Part shown: positions 22,326 to 33,301 of the stretch, piece after piece
Position numbering within the stretch: the first letter of the stretch is position 1
How the letters are laid out: each line of letters begins with the position of its first letter
Source of the DNA: an uncultured Actinomycetota bacterium
GTDB taxonomy: Bacteria > Actinomycetota > Thermoleophilia > Gaiellales > F1-60-MAGs149
DNA: 64,000 nt
Reading direction: 5' to 3'
Assembly: GCA_963767885.1 (NCBI GenBank)
Contig: CAVYFW010000023.1
Span: forward strand, 74,231 to 138,230
Made by a program: the position numbers and the translations under genes
The notes under the pieces: model-generated
Told to the model about the DNA's origin: nothing
Database searches by the model: none
Seen by the model: the letters and a program-made list of their open reading frames with translations, nothing else

Positions 22326-24188
22326 ATGGAACTACCGGCCGAGCTGCTTGCGCGCGTCCTCGCACGCGTGGACGACTACGTCTACGTCTGGGAGTACTGG
22401 CCCGACGGCTCGTCCGCGCCGCTGGTCGAGAACATCGGCTCGTTCGCGTTCTTCGGCGACGTCGAGGACGGCCGGCGGGCCGAGGACGTCTGGCGCGACA
22501 GCGTCCACCCGGACGACCGCGCCGCGTACGACGCCGTCACCGACGCGCAGGCCCGCGGCGAGGGCGGCGTCGCGGAGTACCGGCTGATGCGGCAGGACGG
22601 CACGCAGCTCGACGTCTTCGACCGCTGGCGCGGGCACGTCCGCGAGGACGGCGTCTGCATCGCCGAGGGGATCATCTCGGACGTCACGAAGCTCAAGGCC
22701 GCCGAGGCCGCACTGCGCGAGCAGCAGGAGCAGTTCCGGCTGCTCGCGACCTCGGCGCCGGTCGGCATCTACCTCGCCGATCTCGACGGCGGCCTGACCT
22801 TCGTGAACGAGCGCTGGCGCGAGATGTACGGCCTCGCCGGCGACACCGCGCTGGGCGACTCCTGGGCCGAGGTCGTGCACCCCGAGGACCGCGAGGCGTC
22901 GGTCGCCGCCTGGCTCGCGGCCGTGCGCGAGGGGCGCGACTTCGAGCACGAGTTCCGGCTCCTGCTCGGCGGCCTCACGCGCTGGGTGTCGTCGCGCGCC
23001 TGCCCGGTGCGCGACGCCGAGGGCCGCGTGACGGGCTACATCGGCACGGACTCCGACGTGACCGAGCGCCGGGCGGCCCAGACCGCGCTCGAGCGCCTGA
23101 CGCGCACCGACGCGCTGACCGGCCTCGCCAACCGCCGCCAGCTCTCGTCCTGGCTGCGCGACGGCCTGCGCCGCACGCCGACCGGCGTCGGGCTCGTGCT
23201 GCTGGACATCGACCACTTCAAGCGCATCAACGACACGCACGGGCACGGCATCGGCGACCGCGTCCTCGTCGAGGCCGGACGCCGGCTGAAGGCGGCGCGC
23301 AGGGACGCGTTCGTGGCTCGCTGGGGCGGGGAGGAGTTCGCCGTCGTGCTGCCGGCGACGGGCGACGAGGACGACCTGCTGCAGATCGCGGAGGCGATGC
23401 GGGCGACGATCGGGGCCGACGACATCGCGGGCCTGCACGTCACCGCATCGGCCGGCGCCGCGCGGACGGGCGACGGCATCGCGAGCTCGACCGAGCTCAT
23501 CGAATCCGCCGATCGCGCGCTCTACGCCGCCAAGCGCCGCGGCCGCGACCAGACCCGGCTCGCGTCGCGCCTGACCCCGCAGGACCTGATCCCGGAGGAG
23601 CCCGAGGCCGTGCGCGTGGCGCAGGGCCTGGCGCTCGCCGCGTCGGTGCGCGAGGGGGTCGCGGAGGTCGGCGCGAGCCGCGTCGCCGACCTGGCCAGCG
23701 AGGTGGCGCGGCGGCTCGGCCTGCCCGAGCACGTGCAATTGCGCTGCCGGCTGGGCGGCCTGCTGCGCGACGTCGGCAAGGTCGCACTGCCCGATCGCGT
23801 CCTGTTCGAGCGCGGCCCGCTCGACGACGAGGCCTGGGCCATCATGCGGACCCACAGCGCGATCGGCGAGCGCATCGTCCTGCAGAACCCGCTGCTGCGC
23901 GACGCGGCGCCGGCCGTGCGCCATCACCACGAGCGGTGGGACGGCAGCGGCTACCCGGACGGTCTGGCGGGCGACGCCATCCCCATCGAGGCGCGCGTCG
24001 TCGCGGCCTGCGACGCGTACGGCGCCATGACCAGCGACCGGCCGTGGCGCCGGGGGCTGGAGCACGAGGACGCGATCGCGGAGCTTCGCCGGGTTGCGGG
24101 CTCCCAGCTCGAGCCCGACGTCGCAGCCGCGGTCTGCGACGCCGTGGACGAGGGCCGGCAGTCGTCGCCCCTGCGCGGCGCCGCGTAG
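22326..24188 (+). CDS. PAS-PAS-GGDEF-HD-GYP signalling protein (diguanylate cyclase / c-di-GMP phosphodiesterase)
   Basis: 620 aa from ATG 22326. Two PAS-like segments, GGDEF domain with RWGGEEF, HD-GYP domain with HHERWDGSGYPDG. Confidence 0.88.
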   Translation: MELPAELLARVLARVDDYVYVWEYWPDGSSAPLVENIGSFAFFGDVEDGRRAEDVWRDSVHPDDRAAYDAVTDAQARGEGGVAEYRLMRQDGTQLDVFDRWRGHVREDGVCIAEGIISDVTKLKAAEAALREQQEQFRLLATSAPVGIYLADLDGGLTFVNERWREMYGLAGDTALGDSWAEVVHPEDREASVAAWLAAVREGRDFEHEFRLLLGGLTRWVSSRACPVRDAEGRVTGYIGTDSDVTERRAAQTALERLTRTDALTGLANRRQLSSWLRDGLRRTPTGVGLVLLDIDHFKRINDTHGHGIGDRVLVEAGRRLKAARRDAFVARWGGEEFAVVLPATGDEDDLLQIAEAMRATIGADDIAGLHVTASAGAARTGDGIASSTELIESADRALYAAKRRGRDQTRLASRLTPQDLIPEEPEAVRVAQGLALAASVREGVAEVGASRVADLASEVARRLGLPEHVQLRCRLGGLLRDVGKVALPDRVLFERGPLDDEAWAIMRTHSAIGERIVLQNPLLRDAAPAVRHHHERWDGSGYPDGLAGDAIPIEARVVAACDAYGAMTSDRPWRRGLEHEDAIAELRRVAGSQLEPDVAAAVCDAVDEGRQSSPLRGAA

Positions 24189-24197
24189 GCCGCGCGG

Positions 24198-24947
24198 CTA
24201 CGTCCGCACGACGAAGCCGTCGGTCGCGACCTCCGTCGCCGGGAAGACGGGGAGGGCGGCCTCGAGCAGCTCGGCGTCCGTCGCCGGCACGAGCGAGCGG
24301 TGCATCAGCACCAGCCGCTCCACGCCGGCGTCGCGGGCGATCGTGGCCGCCTCGCCCGACGACGCGTGGTCGGGGCGAGGGGAGCGCTCGCCGGCGTAGA
24401 CCGCCTCGTGCAGCAGCACCCGCGAGCCGCGGGCGAACTCGATCGTGGCGGGGTCGAACGCCGTGTCCGTGCAGTAGGTCAGGTCGTCGCCGAAGCGGTA
24501 GCCGATGGTCGGGTCGGTGTGGCGCTCCTGCACGCGCCACGTGAGCTCGAGCCCGGCGACGGCGAGCGGCGAGACCTCCAGGTCGCGCACCGCGGCGAAG
24601 GCGCGCTCGACCGGGACCGGGAAGAGCGGCGAGCGCAGCAGGTCGCCGAGGATCTCGAGCGACGGCCGGCCGTACGCGACGGCGCCCGGTCCGACGACCT
24701 CGACGCGGATGTCGCGCGGCAGCGCCGGGACGTAGGTCAGGCCGGCGGTGTGGTCGAGGTGGAAGTGCGAGAGCACGATGGTCACGTTCCGCACGCCGTC
24801 GAGCAGCGTGGGATCGGTCAGCAGGCGCCGCAGGCCGGTGCCCGCATCGATGACCAGCGCCTCGGAGCCCTGGCGGACGAGCGCGCAGCACGTCTCGCGC
24901 GTTCCTGTCGGGATCCAGCCGGCGCTTCCGAGGAGGACGAGTTCCAT
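24198..24947 (-). CDS. MBL-fold metallo-hydrolase (RNase Z/BN-like)
   Basis: 249 aa with LSHFHLDHTAGL metal motif. Confidence 0.8.
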   Translation of the reverse strand: MELVLLGSAGWIPTGTRETCCALVRQGSEALVIDAGTGLRRLLTDPTLLDGVRNVTIVLSHFHLDHTAGLTYVPALPRDIRVEVVGPGAVAYGRPSLEILGDLLRSPLFPVPVERAFAAVRDLEVSPLAVAGLELTWRVQERHTDPTIGYRFGDDLTYCTDTAFDPATIEFARGSRVLLHEAVYAGERSPRPDHASSGEAATIARDAGVERLVLMHRSLVPATDAELLEAALPVFPATEVATDGFVVRT

Positions 24948-24965
24948 CGAGGCGCAGACGATAGG

Positions 24966-25683
24966 TCAGCGGGGCGCCATGCGCAGCGCCCCGTCGAGTC
25001 GCACCGTGGTGCCGTTGAGCATCGCGTTGCCGACGATGGCGATCACGAGGTCGGCCACCTCGTCGGGGCGGCCCAGCCGGCGCGGGTTCGGGACCGCCTC
25101 CGCGAGCGCCGTACGCGCGGCCTCGGGCAGGTCGGCGAGGAGCGGCGTGTCGAACGTGCCCGGCGCGATGCCGACCACCCGCACGCCGCGGCTCGCCAGG
25201 TCGCGGGCGGCCGGCAGCACCATGCTCGCGACGCCGCCCTTCGACGCGGCGTAGGCCAGCTGGCCGATCTGGCCCTCGTACGCGGCGATCGAGGAGAGCA
25301 GGACGATCACGCCGCGCTGCCCGTCCGCGTCGGGCTCGTTGCCGCTCATCGCCGCCGCGGCCTGGCGCAGCAGGTTGAAGCTGCCCTGCAGGTTGACGCC
25401 GAGGGTGCGGGCGAAGAGGTCCGGGATCGTGCGGCCCCTCGCGGCCGAGCACGCGCGCGACCGGGCAGATCCCCGCGCACGCGACGGCCACCCGCAGCGG
25501 CCCCTGCGCGGTCGCCGCGTCGATCGCCCGCTGCGACGTCGGCGGGCACCTGCACGTCCCCCTGCTCGACGCCGGCCGCCGCGTTCAGGTCGAGACCCGT
25601 GACGGCGTACCCCTCGGCGGCCAGCCGCGCCGCGACGGCGGCGCCGAGGCCCGAGGCGGCGCCGGTGACGACTGCCGCGTCGG

Positions 25684-25687
<4 letters not shown>
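24966..25687 (-). pseudogene. Short-chain dehydrogenase (3-hydroxyacyl-CoA dehydrogenase type-2-like), frame interrupted twice
   Basis: [14 protein letters not shown] (first frame), ...[20 protein letters not shown]... (second), ...[11 protein letters not shown]...YAASKGG...[13 protein letters not shown] (third). Shifts ~25535 and ~25427. GTG overlaps the upstream stop (GTGA). Confidence 0.75.
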
Positions 25688-26829
<1,142 letters not shown>

Positions 26830-26834
26830 GCCCT

Positions 26835-27956
26835 CTACGGTAGCCAGCGCACGCTGCGCGCGTCGACGCGGAGTGCGGCGACCGGCCCGAGGGTTCCTGC
26901 ATCCACCAGCAGGATCGCGCCGTCCACCAGCACCGCGGCGTGCTCGCCGTCCGGGCTGAAGTCGACGTCGCCGATGCGCGCGCCGGCGATGCTCTCGACC
27001 GCGTCGACCGCGCCGCCGTCCCCGAGCTCCACGAGGCGCCAGACGCCGTTCACGTCCATGGCCGCCGTCTGCCCGGTCGACGCGACGCGCAGCGTCCGCA
27101 GGTCGGCGCCCGAATGGACGTCCTGCCACGCCCCGCGCGGCGTGCCGTCGACGTCGAAGATGGACAGGTCGACCTTGTCGAGGTTCTCCGTGCGCGACAG
27201 CACCCCCAGCAGGGCGCCGTCGGTCGAGCTCGCGAGCACGAGGTCGCCGCGCGACGGCCGCGGCAGGGCGCTGCGGGGCACGACGATCTCGCCGGCGCCG
27301 TCGCGCACCGCCGCCCGCGCGCCGCGGCTCGCCACCAGGAGGTCGGCGCCCGCGAACGCCGGCCGGCAGCCGGGCAGGCGATCCTCCCGGCCGGTGCGCG
27401 GGTCCTGCCGCGTCACGGTCGCCTCGTTCGTCAGCGGGTCGGTGCTGCAGACGGCGACCTCGCCGCGGTCGGACACCGCCGGCGGCCCGTACCCGGCAGG
27501 GCCGAGTGGCGGACCCGTGCCGATCTCCGAGGTGTCGTCGGGGCCGACGGCGTAGACCTCCGCGCCGACGCCTGCGCCGCGGCTGACGAGGCCGAACCCG
27601 CCCCGCGGGGAGAGGATCGTGGTGCACTGGGGCAGGTCGCTCGCGAGGATGCGCGTGCGCAGCGTCGCGAGATCGATGGCGGCGAGCCGGCAGTCGGCGT
27701 CGACGTACGTGATCCGGCCTTCGAAGCGGCCCTGGGCCGGCAGCGGGAGGGCCGCCAGCGAGCCGAGCGCCGGGCCGGTGGTAGCCGCGGACGCCTGCGT
27801 GCTCTCGGCCGTCCCGGTCGTGGACGGCAGGCCCTCGTCGTCGGCGTTCTCGCTGCCGCCCGTGATGCTCGAGGCGAGCGACAGCCCGGCCACGCCGGCC
27901 ACGACGACGACCGCCAGGACGCCGACGAGGCGCCCGCTGCGCGTTCCCGCCTCCAT
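26835..27956 (-). CDS. Membrane-anchored/secreted hypothetical protein (probably beta-rich)
   Basis: 373 aa. N-terminal anchor [20 protein letters not shown]. High GC3. No family recognised. Confidence 0.6.
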   Translation of the reverse strand: MEAGTRSGRLVGVLAVVVVAGVAGLSLASSITGGSENADDEGLPSTTGTAESTQASAATTGPALGSLAALPLPAQGRFEGRITYVDADCRLAAIDLATLRTRILASDLPQCTTILSPRGGFGLVSRGAGVGAEVYAVGPDDTSEIGTGPPLGPAGYGPPAVSDRGEVAVCSTDPLTNEATVTRQDPRTGREDRLPGCRPAFAGADLLVASRGARAAVRDGAGEIVVPRSALPRPSRGDLVLASSTDGALLGVLSRTENLDKVDLSIFDVDGTPRGAWQDVHSGADLRTLRVASTGQTAAMDVNGVWRLVELGDGGAVDAVESIAGARIGDVDFSPDGEHAAVLVDGAILLVDAGTLGPVAALRVDARSVRWLP

Positions 27957-28012
27957 CCTGCGTGGAGCCTACTCCGGCAGGGTTCCCATACGCGCGCGCG
28001 AAGGGCGTTGGC

Positions 28013-28894
28013 ATGGAGGCGCAGATCGACGACTTCCTGACGGCGCTGCAGCTGGAGCGGGGGGCCTCGCGGCACACGGTCGCGGCGTACCGGCGCGACC
28101 TGCAGGCCCTGGCGGCGTTCATCGACGATGCGCACCTCGATCCCGATCGCCTGCGCGGCCCCGACCTGGAGCCGTATGCCGCGTCCCTGCGCGCCCAGGG
28201 CCTGGCGCCGAGCACCGTGCGCCGCCGGCTCGCGGCCGCGCGCTCGTTCCTGCGCCACCGCCTGCGCATCGGCGCGCGGGTGGAGGGCGTGCGCGACCTG
28301 CCGCTGCCGCGCACGCGCCGGGCCGTGCCGCGCGTGCTCGACGTCGAGCAGGTGCTCGCGCTGCTGGGGCAGCCGGACGGCACGCCGCGCGGGCTCCGCG
28401 ACCGGCTCGCCCTGGAGCTCCTGTACGGCGCGGGGCTGCGCGTGTCGGAGCTCGTCGGGCTGCGCCCCGGGGACGTCGACCGCGACCTCGCCGTCGTGCG
28501 CTGCGTGGGCAAGGGCGACCGCGAGCGGATCGTGCCGACGGGGCGCGAGGCCGTCGCCGCGCTCGACCGCTACCTGGCCCGCGGGCGCCCGTTCCTCGGC
28601 CGCACGCAGGCGCGCGACGCGCTCGTGCTCAACGCCCGCGGGCGCCGGCTCACGCGCCAGGGCGTCTTCGACCTCGTGCGGCGCCACGCCGCGGCCGCGG
28701 GCCTGCCGGCGTGGGTGACGCCGCACTCGCTACGCCACGCGTTCGCGACGCACCTCGTGGAGGGCGGCGCCGACCTGCGGACGGTGCAGGAGCTGCTCGG
28801 CCACCACCGCATCGCGACGACCGAGATCTACACCCACCTCGCGGGCACGCACCTGCGCGAGACGTTCCTGGGCGCGCACCCGCGCGCGCGCTGA
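28013..28894 (+). CDS. xerD: Tyrosine recombinase XerD/XerC
   Basis: [30 protein letters not shown]..., catalytic [11 protein letters not shown] and TEIYTHL. The ORF also opens at GTG 27962, but ATG 28013 fits the family N-terminus. Confidence 0.88.
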   Translation: MEAQIDDFLTALQLERGASRHTVAAYRRDLQALAAFIDDAHLDPDRLRGPDLEPYAASLRAQGLAPSTVRRRLAAARSFLRHRLRIGARVEGVRDLPLPRTRRAVPRVLDVEQVLALLGQPDGTPRGLRDRLALELLYGAGLRVSELVGLRPGDVDRDLAVVRCVGKGDRERIVPTGREAVAALDRYLARGRPFLGRTQARDALVLNARGRRLTRQGVFDLVRRHAAAAGLPAWVTPHSLRHAFATHLVEGGADLRTVQELLGHHRIATTEIYTHLAGTHLRETFLGAHPRAR

Positions 28895-28897
28895 GGC

Positions 28898-28964
28898 GTG
28901 CAATTGCACCTCCGCGGCGGCGCGCTGTCGGCGTGCCGGCGCGCGCCGAGACGTGCACTTGCAC
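28898..28964. repeat. Paired-palindrome intergenic element, copy 3
   Basis: GTGCAATTGCAC (28898-28909) + 43-nt spacer starting ctccgcggcggcgcg and ending gccgagac + GTGCACTTGCAC (28953-28964). Fills the gap between the xerD stop (28894) and the convergent MFS stop (28980). Confidence 0.8.
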
Positions 28965-28979
28965 GTGCGGGGCGCGCCC

Positions 28980-30421
28980 TCAGGTCGCCGCGAGCCGCTC
29001 CGGGATGCGGCTCGCCGCCACTGCCGTGACCGCCGCGAGCGTCGCCTCGATGGCGAGCGCCGCGACCGTTGCGGTGCGCCAGCCCTGGTCGACCGCGAGC
29101 GCGGCGAAGATCGAGCCGATGACGGCGGCGCCCGTGGCCAGCGAGAGCTGGATGGTCGTCATCAGCACGCCGCTCGCCGCACCGGCGAGCGCCGGCGGGA
29201 TCGCGGACAGGACGACGTTCACGAGCCGCACGATGACGAGGCCCTGACCGACGCCGGTCACCGCCATCGGCACGGCGAGCCAGACGGGGCCGAGCTGGTC
29301 GTAGGCCAGGAGCGCCGTCAGCGCCTGCATGACGAGGCCGGCCGACATGATCAGCGCCGCCGAGCACGATCGAGCGGCGGCCGCCGAGGCGGTGGGCCAG
29401 CGGCGCGGCGGCGAGCGACACGCCGAGGAACGCGAGCGCCAGCGGCAGCATCGTCAGGCCCGAGGCGATCGGCGACAGGCCGCGGCCGCCCTGCAGCGTG
29501 AGGGCCGTGGTCAGGAAGAAGCCGCCGGCCGCCGTGAACACCGCCAGCCCGGCCAGCAGGCCGCGGCGCGTCGCCTCGTAGCGCAGCAGGGAGAGCGGCA
29601 GGAGCGGTGCCCGGCCCTCCCGCTCGCGCCGCGACTGCGTCCAGACGAACGCCGCGGCGGCGATCGGCGCCAGCGCCAGCGCCACGACGCACCAGAGCGG
29701 CCAGCCCTCCTCGCGGCCGAGGGCCAGCGGCACCAGGAGCAGGGAGACCGAGGCGGCGAGGAGCACGGTGCCGGGCACGTCGATGCGGGAGGCCGCCGGG
29801 GGGCGGGAGTCCGGCACGACCTTCATCGCCGCGATCATCGCCGGCGATGCCGAGCGGCACGTTGACGAGGAAGATCGGCCGCCAGCCGAGGCCGAGCAGG
29901 TCGAGCTCCACGATCGCGCCGCCGATCAGCTGGCCGGCGACGGTCGCCGCGCCGAGCATGGCGCCGTAGAGGCCCAGGGCGCGCTCGCGGGCGCTGCCGT
30001 GGAACGACGCCTGGATGACGGCCAGCACCTGCGGCACCATCAGGCCGGCGGCGACGCCCTGCAGCACGCGCGCCAGGATGAGCGCCGTCATGGTCGGCGC
30101 CGCGCCGCAGAGGGCGGAGGTCACGGTGAACGCGGCCATGCCGAGCACGAACAGGCGGCGGCGCCCGTACAGGTCGCCGAGGCGGCCGCCGGCGACGAGC
30201 GTGCAGGCGTAGCCGACGCCGTAGCCGGCGACGACCAGCTCGAGGCCGGACGCGCTCGCGCCCAGCGACGTGCCGATCGACGGCAGCGCGACGTTGACGA
30301 CGAAGAAGTCGAGGACGGCGAGGAACGCGCCGAGCAGCAGCACCGGCAGCGCGCGGACCTGGGTCGCATGGGCTGCCAGCGCACCGGTCGGGACGGTGGG
30401 GGCGACGGACATGGGCCGCAC
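28980..30421 (-). pseudogene. MFS transporter, DHA2 (EmrB/QacA, 14-TMS) type, frame interrupted twice
   Basis: N-terminal part ...LDFFVVNVALPSIG...GRLGDLYGRRR...; middle ...PLWCVVALALAPIAAAAF...; C-terminal ...GQGLVIVRLVNVVLSAIP... These lie in three successive frames, with shifts ~29840 and ~29350. Confidence 0.75.
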
Positions 30422-30515
30422 GGTCGCCGATCTCGTAGCCAGGTACTAGAGAGGTATCGATCCTGGTACTGGAAGCACCTGGCACCAGCATCGAGAACGC
30501 GGCATCCTGTGACCC

Positions 30516-31398
30516 ATGGCCGTCATCGACAGCGTCGACGAGCGCCGCCGCGAGCTCGGCGACGTTCCTCCGCTCGACCCGCGAGCGCCTGACGCCCGAC
30601 GCGCTCGGCCTCGCCGCGACAGGCCGCCGGCGCACCCCCGGGCTGCGCCGCGAGGAGGTGGCGCAGGACGCGGGCGTCGGGCTCACGTGGTACACGTGGC
30701 TCGAGCAGGGCCGCAGCATCAACGCGTCGCCGCAGGTGCTGGCGGCGCTCGCCCGCACGCTGCGCCTCGACCGCTTCGAGCGCGCGCACCTGTTCCGGCT
30801 CGCCGCCTTGGCGGACCCCGACGAGCCGCCCGAGAGCGAGTGCGTGCCCGCCAGCGTCCGGGCGACGCTCGCGCAGCTGGAGCCGTACCCCGCGTACGTC
30901 GTCACGGCGCGCTACGACCTGCTGGCCTGGAACCGCGCCTACGCCGCGCTCATGGGCGACGTCGAGGCCCTGCCGCGCGACCGGCGCAACGTGCTCCTGC
31001 TGCTGTTCCTGGAGCCGGCGTGGCGGGAGCTGCTGCTCGACTGGCGCCGCGACGTCGGCCACGTGGTCGCGCAGTTCCGCGCGGCGATGGCGGCGCACGC
31101 GCGCGAGCCGGCGTGGCTCGACCTGCTGGAGGAGCTCGAGGACGGCTCGGAGCACTTCCGCGAGCTCTGGTCGCGGCACGAGGTCGCCGGGCCGACGACG
31201 AAGCGCAAGCGCTACCTGCACCCGGTGGCGGCGCGGCTGGAGCTCGAGAGCACCAGCTACTGGCTGGCCGACCAGCCCGGCGTGCGCATGCTCGTCGCCG
31301 TGCCGGTGGACGAGGAGTCGCACGGCGGGCTCGACCGCCTCATGGACGCGCCGCCCTGGCGGCCGTGGCGCGAGACCGCGCTCGAGCTCGGCGCCTGA
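30516..31398 (+). pseudogene. XRE-family HTH transcriptional regulator with C-terminal effector domain, frame interrupted once near the N-terminus
   Basis: MAVIDSVDERRRELGD then +1 shift (~30563) into FLRSTRERLTPDALGL...RRTPGLRREEVAQDAGVGLTWYTWLEQGR. Divergent from the MFS gene. Confidence 0.7.
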
Positions 31399-31415
31399 GC
31401 CCTCGCGCCGCCCCG

Positions 31416-31421
31416 TACGAT
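31416..31421 (+). promoter_or_regulatory. -10-like box TACGAT 8 nt upstream of ATG 31430 (leaderless-type)
   Basis: TANNNT hexamer, no SD. Confidence 0.35.
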
Positions 31422-31429
31422 TGCGTTCG

Positions 31430-32704
31430 ATGGCGGCCCCGCGCGTGTTCCGCGACGAGCGCAAGCTGACGTACCTCAACGTCGTGGCCGCCGAGCGGCC
31501 GCTGGCTGGCCCGGTCTCGGCGGAGACCCACGCCGCCGCGCGCCGCTACCGGCTGTCGCGCCTGCGCGAGCAATTGGACGCGTTCGACTGCGCGGCGATC
31601 CTGCTCTACGACCCCGTCAACATCCGCTACGCCCTGGACGTCTCGAACATGGCGCTGTGGATGGCGCACAACCCGACGAACTACGCGCTCATCGTCGCCG
31701 GCGGCCCGGCCATCTACTTCGGCTACGCGGGCTCCGAGCACCTCGCCGCGGGCCTGGAGGGGGTCGACGAGGTGCGGCGCTCGACGGCGTACATGTTCCA
31801 GGACGTGCCGGGACGCGTGGAGGAGACGGCGCGGGCCTGGGCCGCCGAGATCGCCGAGCTCGTGCGCGCCGCGGGCGGTGCGGGCGCGCGGCTCGCGATC
31901 GACGTCTGCGACCCGGCCGGGCTGCAGGCGCTGCAGGCGCTGGACGTGCAATTGCTCGAGGGCCGCGAGCTGACCGAGAAGGCGCGGATGCTCAAGTCCG
32001 CGGACGAGCTCGAGCTGATGCGCTGGACGGTCAAGGTCTGCGACGCCGCGATCCAGCGCATGTACGACGTCTCGGCCGAGCCGGGGCGGACGGAGCTGGA
32101 GATCTGGGCCGAGCTGCACCACGAGAACATCCGCAACGGCGGGGAGTGGATCGAGACGCGTCTCCTGACCTCGGGGCCGCGCACCAACCCGTGGTTCCAG
32201 GAGGCGTCGCAGCGCATCACGGAGACCGGCGACCTGCTGGCGTTCGACACCGACATGATCGGCCCGTACGGCTACTGCGCCGACCTGTCGCGCTCGTGGA
32301 CGGTCGGACACGTGCCGCCGACGCCGCACCAGCGCGACCTGTACCTGCACGCCCGCGAGCAGGTGGAGCACAACATGGCGCTCCTGCGCGACGGGCTCAC
32401 GCTGCGAGAGTTCAACGAGCGGCAGTGGCAGGTGCCCGAGCGGTTCCAGGCCCGCGAGTACGGCTGGGCCTTCCACGGCGTCGGCATGGCGGACGAGTAC
32501 CCGTGCTCGCCGACGCCCTCGACGTTCGCGGGCTCGGCCTACGACCGGGCAGACGTCCGCCTGGAGGCCGGCATGGTCGTGTGCCTGGAGAGCCTCGTCG
32601 GCGAGGAGCAGCGGGGCGAGTGCGTCAAGCTCGAGGCGCAGGTCGCGATCACGCGGGACGGCATCGAGCGGCTCGATGCCTTTCCCTGGGAGGACTGGGG
32701 CTAG
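31430..32704 (+). CDS. M24-family metallopeptidase-fold enzyme (Xaa-Pro dipeptidase/creatinase-like)
   Basis: 424 aa. Creatinase-like N-domain plus pita-bread domain (...DLLAFDTDMIGPYGYCADLSR...FHGVGMADEYP...CLESLVGEE...KLEAQV). The ORF opens at TTG 31421. Confidence 0.8.
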   Translation: MAAPRVFRDERKLTYLNVVAAERPLAGPVSAETHAAARRYRLSRLREQLDAFDCAAILLYDPVNIRYALDVSNMALWMAHNPTNYALIVAGGPAIYFGYAGSEHLAAGLEGVDEVRRSTAYMFQDVPGRVEETARAWAAEIAELVRAAGGAGARLAIDVCDPAGLQALQALDVQLLEGRELTEKARMLKSADELELMRWTVKVCDAAIQRMYDVSAEPGRTELEIWAELHHENIRNGGEWIETRLLTSGPRTNPWFQEASQRITETGDLLAFDTDMIGPYGYCADLSRSWTVGHVPPTPHQRDLYLHAREQVEHNMALLRDGLTLREFNERQWQVPERFQAREYGWAFHGVGMADEYPCSPTPSTFAGSAYDRADVRLEAGMVVCLESLVGEEQRGECVKLEAQVAITRDGIERLDAFPWEDWG

Positions 32705-32808
32705 ATGGACGGCATGCCAGCCGTATCGCGCGGCCGGGCGATTGGTCCCGCGGGTGGCGGCCCGAGGGCCGGCGCGGCGGTCCGCACCGGCCCCCGTCCG
32801 CGCCGGGT

Positions 32809-33186
32809 CTACGCGTCGAACGCGCCGACCGACAGGACGTTGCCGGCCGGGTCGCGGAACCACGCGATCGTCGGGCCGTGGCCGCGCATGATGCCCTTCG
32901 CGTCCGTGCCCATGTCCGGGTACTGCTCGAAGGCGACGCCCTTCGCGGTCAGGGCGTCGACGGCGGCGTCCACGTCGTCGGCCGGGAAGTTGAGGATCGT
33001 GAACGTCGCCGGCGCGTGGTCGGGCTTCGGGTAGACCAGCACGCGGGCGCCGGTGCCGAGCGTGAGCTGCAGCAACCCGCCCGCGAGATCGTCCACTTGC
33101 ACGCCCAGGGTGTCGCCGTAGAACGCGCGAGCGCGGTCGATGTCGTCCACGGCGAACCCGGAGAAGGCCTTCGCGTCCCTGAACAT
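32809..33186 (-). CDS. VOC/glyoxalase-family protein
   Basis: 125 aa, [29 protein letters not shown]... RBS AAGGAG before the ATG. Confidence 0.75.
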   Translation of the reverse strand: MFRDAKAFSGFAVDDIDRARAFYGDTLGVQVDDLAGGLLQLTLGTGARVLVYPKPDHAPATFTILNFPADDVDAAVDALTAKGVAFEQYPDMGTDAKGIMRGHGPTIAWFRDPAGNVLSVGAFDA

Positions 33187-33289
33187 CGGGACTCCTTTCG
33201 TCGGGCCGCGCGCCAGGGTGCTCGCGCGCGGCGTCGTCATTCCTGTAGACCGCGCCCGCGCGCCGGACTCATCGCGGACCGTGGCCCCG

Positions 33290-33295
33290 TAGCAT
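33290..33295 (+). promoter_or_regulatory. -10-like box TAGCAT 6 nt upstream of ATG 33302 (leaderless-type)
   Basis: TANNNT hexamer, no SD. Confidence 0.4.
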
Positions 33296-33301
33296 TCCCG
33301 C

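Noticed and set aside
20245-22327. 631-aa (+) and 675-aa (-) ORFs overlapping amtB.
   Set aside because: Alternative frames or antisense to a gene with unmistakable Amt motifs; a GC-content artefact.
28898-28964. Palindromes next to xerD as a chromosomal dif site.
   Set aside because: The same element occurs at several other loci in the window and does not resemble the 28-bp XerC/XerD dif architecture. A dif site should be unique.
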